A DNA stretch of 64,000 bases from Longimicrobiales bacterium (GCA_965203485.1 OZ241892.1:2240001-2304000), one strand, 5' to 3'; numbered from the stretch's first letter, positions 10,401-19,727 are shown. Notes: generated by a model from the sequence alone, not told the origin. Numbers and translations are program-made.

Positions 10401-10735
10401 TCGAGAGCCGCCGTCTGACCCGCACCCACGCTGACCGACAACGTGGTCTCGGCGTAGCCGACGACGAGAAAGGTGAGATTGTGGGTGCCCGCCGGCACGC
10501 CCCGCATCAGGTAGCGGCCGTTTTGGTTCGTGAGCACCCCGCCCTCCTGCCCTTCCATCCGCACCAACGCGGATTCGAGAGGCTGGCCAGTGCCGCGGTC
10601 GGTGACGAGCCCCGTAACGGTACCCGTCTGTTGCGCGGACGCCCCTCCAGCCGAAAGCAACCCGGCCAAGACCAGGGCTGCCCCCGCCTTCCAACGCCTT
10701 TTGGGGCAAGTGTTCTGTCGCGTTGCTCTTCTCAT
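7490..10735 (-). CDS. SusC/RagA-family TonB-dependent receptor
   Basis: AGGAGG RBS; N-terminal carboxypeptidase-regulatory-like domain; plug DIESMEVVKGAAGAALYGSRAANGVV; GRNLLTFTDYSGYDPE; terminal Phe. Confidence 0.95.
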   Translation of the reverse strand: MRRATRQNTCPKRRWKAGAALVLAGLLSAGGASAQQTGTVTGLVTDRGTGQPLESALVRMEGQEGGVLTNQNGRYLMRGVPAGTHNLTFLVVGYAETTLSVSVGAGQTAALDAELAGEAIRMQELVVTGVSRATPRVKLPFTVEKVDVAAAPVPAISAESFLTGKVPGVKVVRASGQPGATGGILLRGATSISGTQSPLIVVDGIISSTSFDQLATLDIESMEVVKGAAGAALYGSRAANGVVQIRTKRGGSFGGDYSRIIARNELGQARLAGSIQLSKYHPWATDSSGELLDVKGELIPDFTEPDVGTPGLESGDVNTSFQDNPWPSRLPLYDHVQRIYSPGTYLSNHFATSGQSGRTNYRASFDRNSELGVLPDYNDGFVRNGFRLNVDHQVRDNLDVSLSTAYTQSEQDDLGSSPFFDLTFMGPYVDLLKRDPTSIGKPHCPPQGCLYVNPDPLSGQDNPLYHFELLDYRDYQHNVKAAFNTRWRPASWFDVEGLFGLDRNSFSEHNLAPAGRETFEGGITSGSYGRYQAHRRSINAEATASVQRAFGDFSTRARARYQREDSHYENFAASGNDFTATGVPRLNNFAEGNHDASSWIQDVIGESYFLIGDVDYKGKYIVGGLVRRDGSSLFGENQRWQTYYRASLAYRMSQEDWWPFESIDEFKLRWSQGTAGRRPRFVAQYETYSVTGTAITPITLGNKELKPQRSSENEYGVDVLLFNKLSTGFTYAQTISTDQLVQVPLPSVAGFGSQWQNAGTLESKGWEFFVESPIVEREDLSWSMRINLDSFSEEITELNRSAFRRGFFYYRDGEVFGAFYGAKWAQSCDDLPAGAPCGQFQVNDDGLMVYVGSGNSYTDGVSKSLWGTDSEGATGDDVFKWGMPIRMFGECETRRQGGAGCTDFLYMGNTRPDINVSWRNSFRWKGLEVYALLDAEFGGDIYNRTRQWAYRENRSGDQDQFGKADEMKKPVAYYQILYNTNAVNSWFVENGTFIKLREASIRYSLNPDWLDSIFRGKVTALDVNLLGRNLLTFTDYSGYDPEVALTDDSSNNNAGSQVIGRVDSYGYPNSRVFSASLQIIF

Positions 10736-10867
10736 GCAACCTCCTGTGGTTGTGACGAACTGCTCCCGCGTGACGAGGCGAGACGACGCCGAAGGCCCCC
10801 GACGGGCCGCCTGCGCGGTTCCGACCAGGCTCGGCCCAAGCAACCATGGCGACGCCCCACCGAATCC

Positions 10868-10896
10868 AAGGTACGGAATCCGCCGGTCAATGGCAA
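10868..10896 (-). promoter_or_regulatory. Putative sigma70 promoter of susC
   Basis: TTGCCA-N17-TACCTT on the minus strand. Confidence 0.5.
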
Positions 10897-10963
10897 ATTG
10901 AACGGAACATCCACCGCCCGTGGCCCGCCCCGGAATCCGCACGGACCTGTTGGCGCAGCCGCG

Positions 10964-12334
10964 TCACGACGCGCAGGCCTGCACGATTTCGGAGCGGCTG
11001 AAGCCGTAGTCGGCCAACACCTGCGCGGTGTGTTGTCCGAGGCGCGGCGACGGGATGCCGATCGCCGCAGGGCATCCCGAGAGCTTGACCGGCATCCCGA
11101 TCGTGCGCCGTCCTCCGTCGGCGTCCGGGACCGAGACGACCATGGCGCGGGCGAGCGTCTGCGGGTGCTCCAGCATGTCCCCGATCGTGGAGACCGGGCC
11201 GGCGGGAACCGACGCGGCCTCGAACCGCCGAAGCCACTCCGCGGCCCCTGCCTGCGCGAGGCAGCGCACCAGCGCTTCCCGTAGCGCGCCGAGGTTCTTC
11301 ATCCGCGCCGCATTGGTGACGTAGCGGGGGTCCGCCGCCAGCTCCGGGACCTCCATGGCCTCGACCAAGCGCAACCAGCTGGCTTGGTTCCAGGCGCCGA
11401 TCGTGATCCACTCGTCCTTGGTCGGGAAGGCTTCGTAGGGAGCCGCGAGCGGATGGGCGGAGCCGAGGGGGCCGGGCGACTTCCCGGTGGCCATCGCGGC
11501 CGCGGCTTGCCAGAAGGTCTGGGCTATGCCCGCTTCGTAGAGCGACGTGTCCACGCGGCGTCCGCGGCCGGTCTTCTCCCGGTCGTACAGAGCGGCGAGA
11601 ACCCCCATGGCCGCGAGAATGCCCGCCGTGATGTCGGTCAGCGGCGGCCCGCACTTGACCGGGGCGCGACCGGGACCTTCGCCCGTGATGCTCATCAGGC
11701 CGGTCATCCCTTGCGCGATCAGGTCGAAGCCGGGACGGCTCGCGAGCGGGCCCGTGCGGCCGAAGCCCGTGATCTGACAGTACACGAGGCGGGCATTGGC
11801 CTGACGCAACGCCTCGTACCCGAGACCGAGGCGCTCCATCGTCCCGGGCCGGAAGTTCTCGATGGCCACGTCGCACCGGGCCAACATTCGCCGTGCGGCG
11901 GCCACGCCGGTTGCCGCCTTGAGGTCGAGGACGGCACCCCGCTTGTTGCGGTTGAGCATGGCGAACGCCGGGCTTTCGCGCTCCGGCTGCAGCGTTTGGG
12001 GCGGGCCGGATTCGCCGGCGGCCGACTCGAGCGGCGCAACGAGCGCACGAGCCGGGTCCCCGGAATGCGGGGGCTCGATCTTGACCACGTCGGCGCCCCA
12101 GTCGGCAAGCATCCGGCCGCACACGGGACCGGCCATCACGTGCGCAAACTCCAGCACGCGAATTCCCGCCAAGGGCCGGGCAGTCACTCCGTGCTCCGGC
12201 TTGCCCTCGTCCTCCGGGGCGTCGGCCGGTTGGGGGAGCCCGGGGGGGCGCCCATCACCGGCGCCCGGCCGGCAACTCCTCGTCCGTGGCGCAGTCCACG
12301 ATCCGGCCTGCGGCCGCCTGGAGCCGCCGGACAT
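10964..12334 (-). CDS. CaiB/BaiF family III CoA-transferase (start may be later)
   Basis: PLAGIRVLEF, GADVVKIEPP, NRNKR, ENFRPG, GFDLIAQGMTGLMSITG. Confidence 0.93.
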   Translation of the reverse strand: MSGGSRRPQAGSWTAPRTRSCRPGAGDGRPPGLPQPADAPEDEGKPEHGVTARPLAGIRVLEFAHVMAGPVCGRMLADWGADVVKIEPPHSGDPARALVAPLESAAGESGPPQTLQPERESPAFAMLNRNKRGAVLDLKAATGVAAARRMLARCDVAIENFRPGTMERLGLGYEALRQANARLVYCQITGFGRTGPLASRPGFDLIAQGMTGLMSITGEGPGRAPVKCGPPLTDITAGILAAMGVLAALYDREKTGRGRRVDTSLYEAGIAQTFWQAAAAMATGKSPGPLGSAHPLAAPYEAFPTKDEWITIGAWNQASWLRLVEAMEVPELAADPRYVTNAARMKNLGALREALVRCLAQAGAAEWLRRFEAASVPAGPVSTIGDMLEHPQTLARAMVVSVPDADGGRRTIGMPVKLSGCPAAIGIPSPRLGQHTAQVLADYGFSRSEIVQACAS

Positions 12335-12388
12335 GGACCGTCGGCTCGATCATCGACCTTCTCCTTCCGCGGCGGCAACATGGTTCCA

Positions 12389-12417
12389 AGCGTACTTCGG
12401 CAACCGGGCCAAGTCAA
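12389..12417 (-). promoter_or_regulatory. Putative sigma70 promoter of the CoA-transferase gene
   Basis: TTGACT-N17-TACGCT on the minus strand. Confidence 0.5.
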
Positions 12418-12634
12418 AAGAGTTCGCAAGCCCCGCGTGCCCGCATGGCCTAGCTTGATCGCGGCGGGGCCTCCGGGAACGTTGCCGCAACCGGCCAGCG
12501 CCGCGGCAGGTCGCCGCGCCGGCGCCGATCCCGTGCTCTTGCTTCGATTCCCGCTTCCCATGGCGTCCCGTTCGCGAGTCCATGCGCCCGCTTCTCTCCA
12601 GGTCGTCGTTCCGCGCCGCAGGAGCGCCCGCAAC

Positions 12635-15600
12635 ATGACGGCGCGTTCGCCCAACGGGCGCCCGGAACAACCGGGCCGGGCCGGGCCGGGCCTCCGCGAC
12701 GCCTCCAGCTGGCGCGACGAGCCCAGCTCGGGCCGGCGCCCGTTCCGCCGCCCGGACGCGCTCCGCTCCTTCGCGACATCGCGCCTGGCCCGCCGCCTTG
12801 CCCGCCATGTGGAAGGCGCTGTCCGCTTCGACGCCATCTCGTGCGCCCTCTATTCGACCGACGCATCGATCTACGAGGTGCCGCCGCTCGGGGTGGTGCT
12901 GCCCAAGACGCTGGACGACGTGGAGGCGGTGCTGGATGTCGCCCGGGAGGAGGGGGTCCCGGTGCTACCCCGGGGCGCCGGCACGTCGCAGTGCGGCCAG
13001 ACGGTGGGGCGGGCCGTGGTCGTGGACACGTCGCGGCACTTGACCCGTATCTGCGCGGTGGACGAGGAAGACCGCACGGCCACGGTGGAGCCGGGCGTGG
13101 TGCTGGACGCGCTCAACCGGGCGCTCGCGCCGTCGGGACTCTTCTTCCCCGTGGACGTGGCGACCGCAAGCAGGGCCACCATCGGCGGAATGGCCGGAAA
13201 CAACAGCGGCGGCGCGCGCTCGATCCGCTACGGCGTGACCGCGGACAACGTGCTGGCCATCGAAGCGTCGTTGCCGGAGGGCGGCGTCGCGACGTTCGGG
13301 CCTGGCGGGGGGGCGGGCCGCGGCGGGCCGGGCCGGACGCGTGGGCCGGCGGCGAAGGGGAGCAGGGTCGGAGCGGACCGGGCCGGGGAGATTGTAGCGC
13401 GCGTCCAGCAGATCGCCGAGCGGGAAGCGTCCGAGCTGGAGCGGCGCGTGCCCGGCGTGGCGCGTCACGTGGCCGGCTACAACCTGCACCGCCTCCTGGC
13501 CCCGGGCGCGCCGGTGGCCGAACTGCTCGTGGGTTCAGAAGGCACTCTCGCCTTCTTTAGGCGGATTACGCTCAAGCTGGCCAGGAGACCTCGGCGCCGG
13601 GTGCTGGCCACGTGCGGCTTCCCCTCGCTGCGAAGCGCGCTGGACGCGGTTCAGCACATAGTGGAGCTGCGCCCGCACGCCGTGGAGCTGGTGGACGAGG
13701 CGGTGCTTCGGCTGGCCAGGCGGCACGACCAGTTCCGCGGCGCCGTGGAGGGCCTCGCGCCGGGCGGCGCGCGAGCCGTGCTGCTTGTGGAGTTTGCGGG
13801 GGAGGAGCGCGAGCCGCTGCTCCGCAAGCTCGACGCCCTCGAGGACGCAACCGGCCCGGGCGGGCACGGTCGCGGCATCTCGCGAGCCGAGACCGCCGCC
13901 GCCCAGGACGCCGTGTGGAGGGTGCGCCGGACGGCGATGAACATCGTCATGTCGGCGGAGGGGCCGCGAAGGCCCGTCTCGATCGTCGAGGACTGCGCGG
14001 TTCCGTTGCCCCTGCTGGCCGAGTACGCCGAAGCGGTGACGGACATCTTCGCCCGCCACGGGACGCGGGGCGCTTGGTACGCTCACGCGTCGGTCGGCTG
14101 CCTTCACGTTCGGCCGTCCCTGGACGTTCGCGACCCGGGGGACTTGGCGGCGTTGCGCGCCATCGCGGAAGAAACGCACGACGTGGTGCGGCGGTTGGGG
14201 GGATCGCATTCGGGCGAGCACGGGGACGGCATTCTGCGTTCGGAGTTCATCGAGCCCATGCTGGGTTCGCGGCTGGCCGGCGCCTTCGCCGACGTGAAGC
14301 GCGCCTTCGATCCGGACGGCCTGATGAACCCGGGCAAGATCGTCGACCCGCCCCGCATGGACGATGCGGCGCTGTTGCGGCTGGAGCCTGCGCGCGCGCC
14401 CACCGACGATCGTGGACGCCGCGACATGCGGCGCGAGCAACATGGCCTTCGGGGCGCGCCCGCCGACGCGCAACCCGTGACGTCGCGTGCCGGCGAAGCG
14501 GCTTCTTTGCCGTCCGCGCCCGGCGGCGCGCCGTTGCCCTTGGCGCGGCATGGCGGCGGCGGGGTCGGCGGCATGGACTGGACCGACACGGGCGGATTCG
14601 CGGCGGCCCTCGGGCGGTGCAACAACAACGGCGCGTGCCGAAAGACGCAGTCCGGCGTGATGTGTCCCTCCTTTCGGGTCACCCGAGAGGAACGAGACGC
14701 CACGCGCGGGCGCGCGAACGTATTGCGTCTCGCGATGTCCGGAGCACTGGGCCCGGAAGGACTGGGCGCCCCGGAAGTGGCGGATGCGCTGGAGCTGTGC
14801 GTGGCCTGCAAGGCGTGCAGGCGCGAGTGCCCAGTCGGCGTAGACATGGCGCGCATGAAGGCCGAGACGCTCTACCGCCGACGGCAGACCGGGCGGCGCG
14901 CGGGCGGCGCGCGGGCCGAGATCCGCCAGCGCCTGTTCGCCAGCTTGCCCCGGTACGCCCCGGCGGCCGCGCGGGCGCGCCGGCTGCTCAACCTCCGCAA
15001 CCGAAGCCCCCGGCTGGCCTGGGCGGGCGAGCGGCTGCTTGGAATCAGCGCCGGCCGCGCGTTGCCCGCGTGGCAGGCGCGGCCGTTCCGGGACGCGGAG
15101 CTGGCCCAGGCGGCCGGGAACACGCCTCTCGTGCCGGAGGGCTCGGCGGCCGTCCTGTTCGTGGACACCTTTCATCGCTTCTTCGAGCCTGAGGTGGCGC
15201 GCGCCGGAGCCACGGTGCTACGCAACCTTGGCGTCGAGCCCCTAGCCGCCGTCCCCGACGGTCCGCCTCTTTGCTGCGGACGCACCTGGATCAGCGCCGG
15301 CCTCCTCGATCAAGCCCGCGCCACGCTGGCTCGGACCGTCGGCGTCCTGGCGCCGCTCGCCGCGACCGGCCTGCCGATCCTCGGCCTCGAGCCGTCGTGC
15401 TTGCTGACTTTGCGGGAAGACGCGCCTCTTCTCGTCCCCGGCGAGGAGGCTCGCGTCGTGGCTGATCGGGCCGTCCTCCTCGACGAGCGCTTGGCAGCTA
15501 GCGACTTCTCCGCCGAGCGCCGGCAGCCCGTCGAAGTCGTGTCCGGCCGCGGAAGCGGCGGCGTGGCCCGCGTGCACGGCCACTGCCACCAGAAGGCCGC

Positions 15601-15907
15601 CGGGGCCGCCGGGGCGACTCTCCGCGTCGTGGAGATGTTCGCCGGCCTGCAAGCCGTTGCGGCGCCGGCGACGTGTTGCGGCATGGCGGGTTCGTTCGGC
15701 TACGAAGCCGAGCACGCCTCCATCTCCCAGGCAATGGGCGAACTGGACCTCCTTCCCGCCGTGCGGGCCTCCCCAACCCGCGACGTCATCGTGGCCAACG
15801 GCTTCAGCTGCCGGTCGCAGATTCGCGAATTCACGGACAGGACGCCGCGCCACGTGGCAACGCTGATCGCCGAGCGCATGGCGGGCGGCGGTCCTGCCGC
15901 CCCGTGA
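12635..15907 (+). CDS. FAD-binding/(Fe-S)-binding oxidoreductase (GlcD/GlcF-like fusion, YdiJ-like); start approximate
   Basis: YSTDASIY, PRGAGTSQCGQ, SGEHGDG, CNNNGACRK, CVACKACRRECP, CCG motifs. Confidence 0.92.
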   Translation: MTARSPNGRPEQPGRAGPGLRDASSWRDEPSSGRRPFRRPDALRSFATSRLARRLARHVEGAVRFDAISCALYSTDASIYEVPPLGVVLPKTLDDVEAVLDVAREEGVPVLPRGAGTSQCGQTVGRAVVVDTSRHLTRICAVDEEDRTATVEPGVVLDALNRALAPSGLFFPVDVATASRATIGGMAGNNSGGARSIRYGVTADNVLAIEASLPEGGVATFGPGGGAGRGGPGRTRGPAAKGSRVGADRAGEIVARVQQIAEREASELERRVPGVARHVAGYNLHRLLAPGAPVAELLVGSEGTLAFFRRITLKLARRPRRRVLATCGFPSLRSALDAVQHIVELRPHAVELVDEAVLRLARRHDQFRGAVEGLAPGGARAVLLVEFAGEEREPLLRKLDALEDATGPGGHGRGISRAETAAAQDAVWRVRRTAMNIVMSAEGPRRPVSIVEDCAVPLPLLAEYAEAVTDIFARHGTRGAWYAHASVGCLHVRPSLDVRDPGDLAALRAIAEETHDVVRRLGGSHSGEHGDGILRSEFIEPMLGSRLAGAFADVKRAFDPDGLMNPGKIVDPPRMDDAALLRLEPARAPTDDRGRRDMRREQHGLRGAPADAQPVTSRAGEAASLPSAPGGAPLPLARHGGGGVGGMDWTDTGGFAAALGRCNNNGACRKTQSGVMCPSFRVTREERDATRGRANVLRLAMSGALGPEGLGAPEVADALELCVACKACRRECPVGVDMARMKAETLYRRRQTGRRAGGARAEIRQRLFASLPRYAPAAARARRLLNLRNRSPRLAWAGERLLGISAGRALPAWQARPFRDAELAQAAGNTPLVPEGSAAVLFVDTFHRFFEPEVARAGATVLRNLGVEPLAAVPDGPPLCCGRTWISAGLLDQARATLARTVGVLAPLAATGLPILGLEPSCLLTLREDAPLLVPGEEARVVADRAVLLDERLAASDFSAERRQPVEVVSGRGSGGVARVHGHCHQKAAGAAGATLRVVEMFAGLQAVAAPATCCGMAGSFGYEAEHASISQAMGELDLLPAVRASPTRDVIVANGFSCRSQIREFTDRTPRHVATLIAERMAGGGPAAP

Positions 15908-16157
15908 GCCTCAGGTCCATGGCGGCACGCCCTTTGCGCCGCTTCTCCGGCGTTTCGGCCATTTGCCGTGGCCGCGCGCGTCGACAGCGGGACATCGAAG
16001 CGGACATTTCAGGGCATCACGCGGCTCGGCGAACAAGAATCGGTCCCATTCAGCCATGTTCGGGTCCCGCGGGCCGGCACGTCCTTCTCTTGGTCGGCCG
16101 GGACGCCCGCCGCGTCCCCCACGCCGAACATCGGTGCACCGGAAAAGGACAAGTCCC

Positions 16158-17191
16158 GTGGCCAAGCCCGCCGAGCCCCCGAAGAGGCCGCGCCGCATGC
16201 ACGACGAAGTCCTCAAGGGGTTCTTTTCGGGCAAGGCCGCAGTCCGGTCTCTGGTGCAGGAGTTCATGGCCCGGGGATGGGTCGGCGAACTCGACCTTTC
16301 GGATGTCGAGGACATCCCCACCGAGCACATCGGCCTAGTGGGCGGCCAAGCCCGCCGCTCCGACGCTGCTTGGCGCGTGCGGCTCCGCGACAGCGCCCAT
16401 TCGGTCGTCCTGCATGTCGAATTCCAATCCGCGGGCGACCCCAATTATGCTGTTGCGGAGCTTCGAGTACGTCGGTCACCTCTACAAGTTCCTCAGCCGC
16501 GCCGAGAGCCGTGCCGACGCCGCCGTGCCGGTGGTGCTGTCGGGCGTCTTCTACGTCGGCAACAAGCCATGGGACGCTCCCACCGTGACGGATCAGCTGG
16601 CCCCGCCCGGATCACCCACGCTCGCCCAGCTCCAGACGCGCCACCAGCGTCCTTGACGCGCGCTCGGCCGATGAGCGAGACTTGCCCGCCGGCGGCTCCG
16701 TCCTGCGATGGCTGGTCGAACTCCTGCGCGACTGGCGCACCCTGCCCGCGCTGGTCGACGCGCTGGCCGAACATTGCAGCGGCCCCGAGCACGCCGGCAT
16801 GCGGGAGGGCTTCGCCATGGTGGTGGAAGAGGCCATGCTCGCCGCCGACGCGCGCCTGGACGCCGTCCGCGACGTCGTCCAACAAGTCAAGCATCCCAGA
16901 AGAGGAGCGCACATGACCTGGCAAATCGCCAAAGAGTTCGAACAGGCCCGCCGGGAGGGCCGCGAGGAGGGACTCGCACAAGGAGTGGTCCAGGGCGAGA
17001 CCCGGGGGCGCGAGCAGTTTGCCGTGCGCTTCGCCGCGCGCAAGTTCGGGACGGAGACCGCGGACGAGTTGCGCCGCGCGCTGGCGTCGGCTGGGCCGAG
17101 AGCCGCAGAACAGATCGCCGACGCCATCGTGGATTCCGACAACGGCGACGAGCTCCTGGCCCGCCTAATGAGCGGCGACGCCGCGAACTGA
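16158..17191 (+). pseudogene. Rpn/YhgA-like recombination-promoting nuclease with two apparent +1 frameshifts (near 16446 and 16645)
   Basis: Frame A: HDEVLKGFF...RRSDAAWRVRL...LHVEFQS..DP; frame B: MLLRSFEY...PVVLSGVFYVGNKPW; frame C: ...REGREEGLAQG...RKFG. Confidence 0.85.
16913..17191 (+). CDS. Intragenic RpnS-like small C-terminal protein (92 aa)
   Basis: AGAGGAG-N5-ATG inside the rpn frame, just before the REGREEG repeat region. Confidence 0.6.
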   Translation: MTWQIAKEFEQARREGREEGLAQGVVQGETRGREQFAVRFAARKFGTETADELRRALASAGPRAAEQIADAIVDSDNGDELLARLMSGDAAN

Positions 17192-17250
17192 TCGCGTCCG
17201 GCCCGCCGGGCGTCGTCCACAAGGCGAAGCGGCCTCGGCTGGCCAAGGCC

Positions 17251-18735
17251 TCAGTCCGCCTCCTTGGGCGTCGCGGCTTCGGCGGAGGCCGATCGGCGCG
17301 CCGCCCGGGTGCCGCCATCCAGCGCGTAGGCGTCGTAGCCGGCGATCTGAAGGGCGTTGGCCAGCATGGTGGAGTGGACGCCCTGGTCGCAGAAGAGGAC
17401 GTAGGCGCGCTCCTTGTCCAAGCCGGCCGCCAAGGCCGCGAACTCGGAGGGGGCGGCGCGGCGCGATCCCGGGCGGCGCCAGCCGTCGTCCTGGTGCGGC
17501 AGGCGGCAGTCGATCCACATGGCGCCGGAGGGCGGGTCGCTCACCACAACGTAGTCGCGGCGCAGGTCGGCAGGGCGGAGCGACCGCAGGTCCATGACAG
17601 CGCGGGCGGCGACGGCATCGGCGACGGGAGCCTGCCGCACGCCGCTCTCCTCGCGATCCACGGCGGCGGCCTTGGCGGCGGTGACCGGCTTGCCCTCCAG
17701 GATCGCGCAGTATTCCTTGATGCGGGCCGACAGGGCGGCCGTGCCGATGCGGGTCGCCAGCGCGATGATCTCCTGCTTGTCGTAGCCGATCAGGGGACGC
17801 AGCACGGGCAACGCGGCCACCTGGTCGATCGCTCGCAGGTTGGCCAGCGTCTGCGACGAGACTTGGCCCAGGGACTCTCCCGTCACGATGGCGCCCGCCC
17901 CCGTTTCGCCGGCGACCTGCGCGGCGGCGCGGTACATCAAGCGCTTGAGCACGACCTGCCAGTAGCGCGGCGCCGCTCCCGCCCGAAGCGCCTCGACCGC
18001 ATCGCCGAACGGCAACACGTGTATCTTCGGGCGGGCGCCGTAGCTCCAGCGGTCCGCCAGCACCTTGGCGACGCGGATCACCGATCGCTCGAAGGCCGGC
18101 CCGGCTAGGTTGCAGAACACGTAGTCCAAGGCCACGCCGCGCTTGAGCATCAGCCACGCGGCGGCCGCCGAATCGAAGCCGCCCGACAGCAGGCAGACGG
18201 CGTTGCCCTGCACGCCCAGCGGCAGGCCGCCCGGACCCTCGGCGCGGGCCGCGAAGAAGAGCGCCTCGTCGGCACGGACCTCGACGGAAACCACTACGTC
18301 GGGGTTGGCGAGATCGACCGTCGCGTACGGGTTGAGCGCGGCGCCCAGCTGTTCGCGCACATCCTGCGACGAGAAGGCATGGCGTCCGGCGCGGCGGGCC
18401 GCCACCGCGTACCGGCGTCCGGCGACCGCGTCCTTGTACGTCTCGTGTCCGGTGCGCACGACGGCGTCCAGGTCCGCGGGCGAAGTCGCGTCCACGCGCG
18501 AAAACGATCCGACGCCGAACACGCGGGCGGCGGCCTCCATGGCGTCCGGCGGCGCCTCCACGCGAATGCGGCTCCAGTGGTCCCGCACGCGCGCCTGGGC
18601 TCCGCCGGCTTTGAGCGCGTCCGTCAGGTTCGCCACCAAGAGGCGCTGGAAGCGTCGGCGCGTGCGGTTGGACTTGCGCGTGATCTCCGGCGCGAGCCGG
18701 ACCAGGTAGCGCGCCGACTCCGGCTTCAGTTCCAC
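17251..18735 (-). CDS. thiI: tRNA 4-thiouridine synthase with C-terminal rhodanese domain
   Basis: THUMP region, GPGGLPLGVQG, LLSGGFDS, TGESLGQVSSQT, RPLIGYDK, rhodanese LFCDQG. Confidence 0.93.
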   Translation of the reverse strand: MELKPESARYLVRLAPEITRKSNRTRRRFQRLLVANLTDALKAGGAQARVRDHWSRIRVEAPPDAMEAAARVFGVGSFSRVDATSPADLDAVVRTGHETYKDAVAGRRYAVAARRAGRHAFSSQDVREQLGAALNPYATVDLANPDVVVSVEVRADEALFFAARAEGPGGLPLGVQGNAVCLLSGGFDSAAAAWLMLKRGVALDYVFCNLAGPAFERSVIRVAKVLADRWSYGARPKIHVLPFGDAVEALRAGAAPRYWQVVLKRLMYRAAAQVAGETGAGAIVTGESLGQVSSQTLANLRAIDQVAALPVLRPLIGYDKQEIIALATRIGTAALSARIKEYCAILEGKPVTAAKAAAVDREESGVRQAPVADAVAARAVMDLRSLRPADLRRDYVVVSDPPSGAMWIDCRLPHQDDGWRRPGSRRAAPSEFAALAAGLDKERAYVLFCDQGVHSTMLANALQIAGYDAYALDGGTRAARRSASAEAATPKEAD

Positions 18736-19727
18736 GACAGGCCGCGCAACTGCTCCACGTCCAGGTTGCCGCCGCTGAGGACGCAGACCGTCTTGGTACC
18801 CGGCGGCGCCTCGATCCGCCCCTCCAGCAACGCGGCCACCGGCGCCGCCGCGGCCCCTTCCGCCACGAGCTTGGCGCGCGCCATGAGCCAGAGCACGGCG
18901 TCGAAGATGCGGTCGTCCGGCAGGGTCGCGATCTCGTCCACGAAGCGCGTCACGACGGAGTGCGTCCATTCCCCCACCCGCTTCACCCGCAAGCCGTCGA
19001 TCGCGCAGTCCACCCGGTCCAGCGTGACAAGCCGTCCCGCCTCCACGCTGCGCTTCATCGCCGGCGCGCCCGAGGACTCCACGCCCACGACCCGCACGTC
19101 CGGCTTGACGGCCTTAGCCGCCATGGCGACGCCCGACAGCAGTCCTCCGCCCCCGATCGGCGCTATCAGCAGCTCGGTCTCGGGGAAGTCCTCCATGATC
19201 TCCAGGCCGAGCGTCCCCTGCCCTGCTATGAGCTCCGGGTCGTCGAAGGGGTGGACGTAGGTCAGGCCGTCCGACGCCGCCAGTTCCAACGCCCGCTCGT
19301 TGGCTTCGTCCCAGATGCCGCCGTGGCGCACGACCGTCGCGCCGTATCCCTCCGTGGCGGCGATCTTGGACGGCGTCGCGTTCTCCGCCATCACCACCAC
19401 GGCCCGCACGCCGTAGTGGCGAGCCGCGAGCGCCACGCCCTGGGCGTGATTGCCCGCCGACGAGCAGACGATGCCCCTTGCTCGATCCTCGGGCGACATC
19501 CGCGCGATCTTGTGCATCGGACCGCGCACCTTGTAGGAGCCGCCGCGCTGAAAAAGCTCGGCCTTGAGCCGCACGTCCAGGCCCGTGGCCTCGCTCATGG
19601 AACGGCAAGTCAGCAACGGCGTCCGGTAGACGAGCGGCCCCACGTCGCGGTACGCGGCCTCGAAGTCCGCTCGTCCCAGCGCGAGTTCGCGCGAAGGCGC
19701 CTGCGAGGCGTCCTCGTCGGGCGTCAC
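18726..19727 (-). CDS. PLP-dependent threonine/serine dehydratase family protein
   Basis: LKAELFQRGGSYKVRG, SAGNHAQG, PIGGGGL, LSGGN. Confidence 0.93.
   Translation of the reverse strand: MTPDEDASQAPSRELALGRADFEAAYRDVGPLVYRTPLLTCRSMSEATGLDVRLKAELFQRGGSYKVRGPMHKIARMSPEDRARGIVCSSAGNHAQGVALAARHYGVRAVVVMAENATPSKIAATEGYGATVVRHGGIWDEANERALELAASDGLTYVHPFDDPELIAGQGTLGLEIMEDFPETELLIAPIGGGGLLSGVAMAAKAVKPDVRVVGVESSGAPAMKRSVEAGRLVTLDRVDCAIDGLRVKRVGEWTHSVVTRFVDEIATLPDDRIFDAVLWLMARAKLVAEGAAAAPVAALLEGRIEAPPGTKTVCVLSGGNLDVEQLRGLSWN

Noticed and set aside
10736..10960. Cobalamin or TPP riboswitch upstream of the TonB receptors (also 31061-31260)
   Set aside because: No B12-box or TPP core sequence recognised on the minus strand.
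11384..12634. N-terminal extension of the 1507-aa ORF, and similar extensions on the 1447-aa, 1474-aa, 1338-aa and 1157-aa ORFs
   Set aside because: The extensions overlap real genes in other frames; motifs and RBS or overlap patterns place the true starts downstream. They are not real fusions.
16430..16660. Programmed ribosomal frameshifting in rpn
   Set aside because: No slippery heptamer or homopolymer run at either site, and two successive shifts would be needed.
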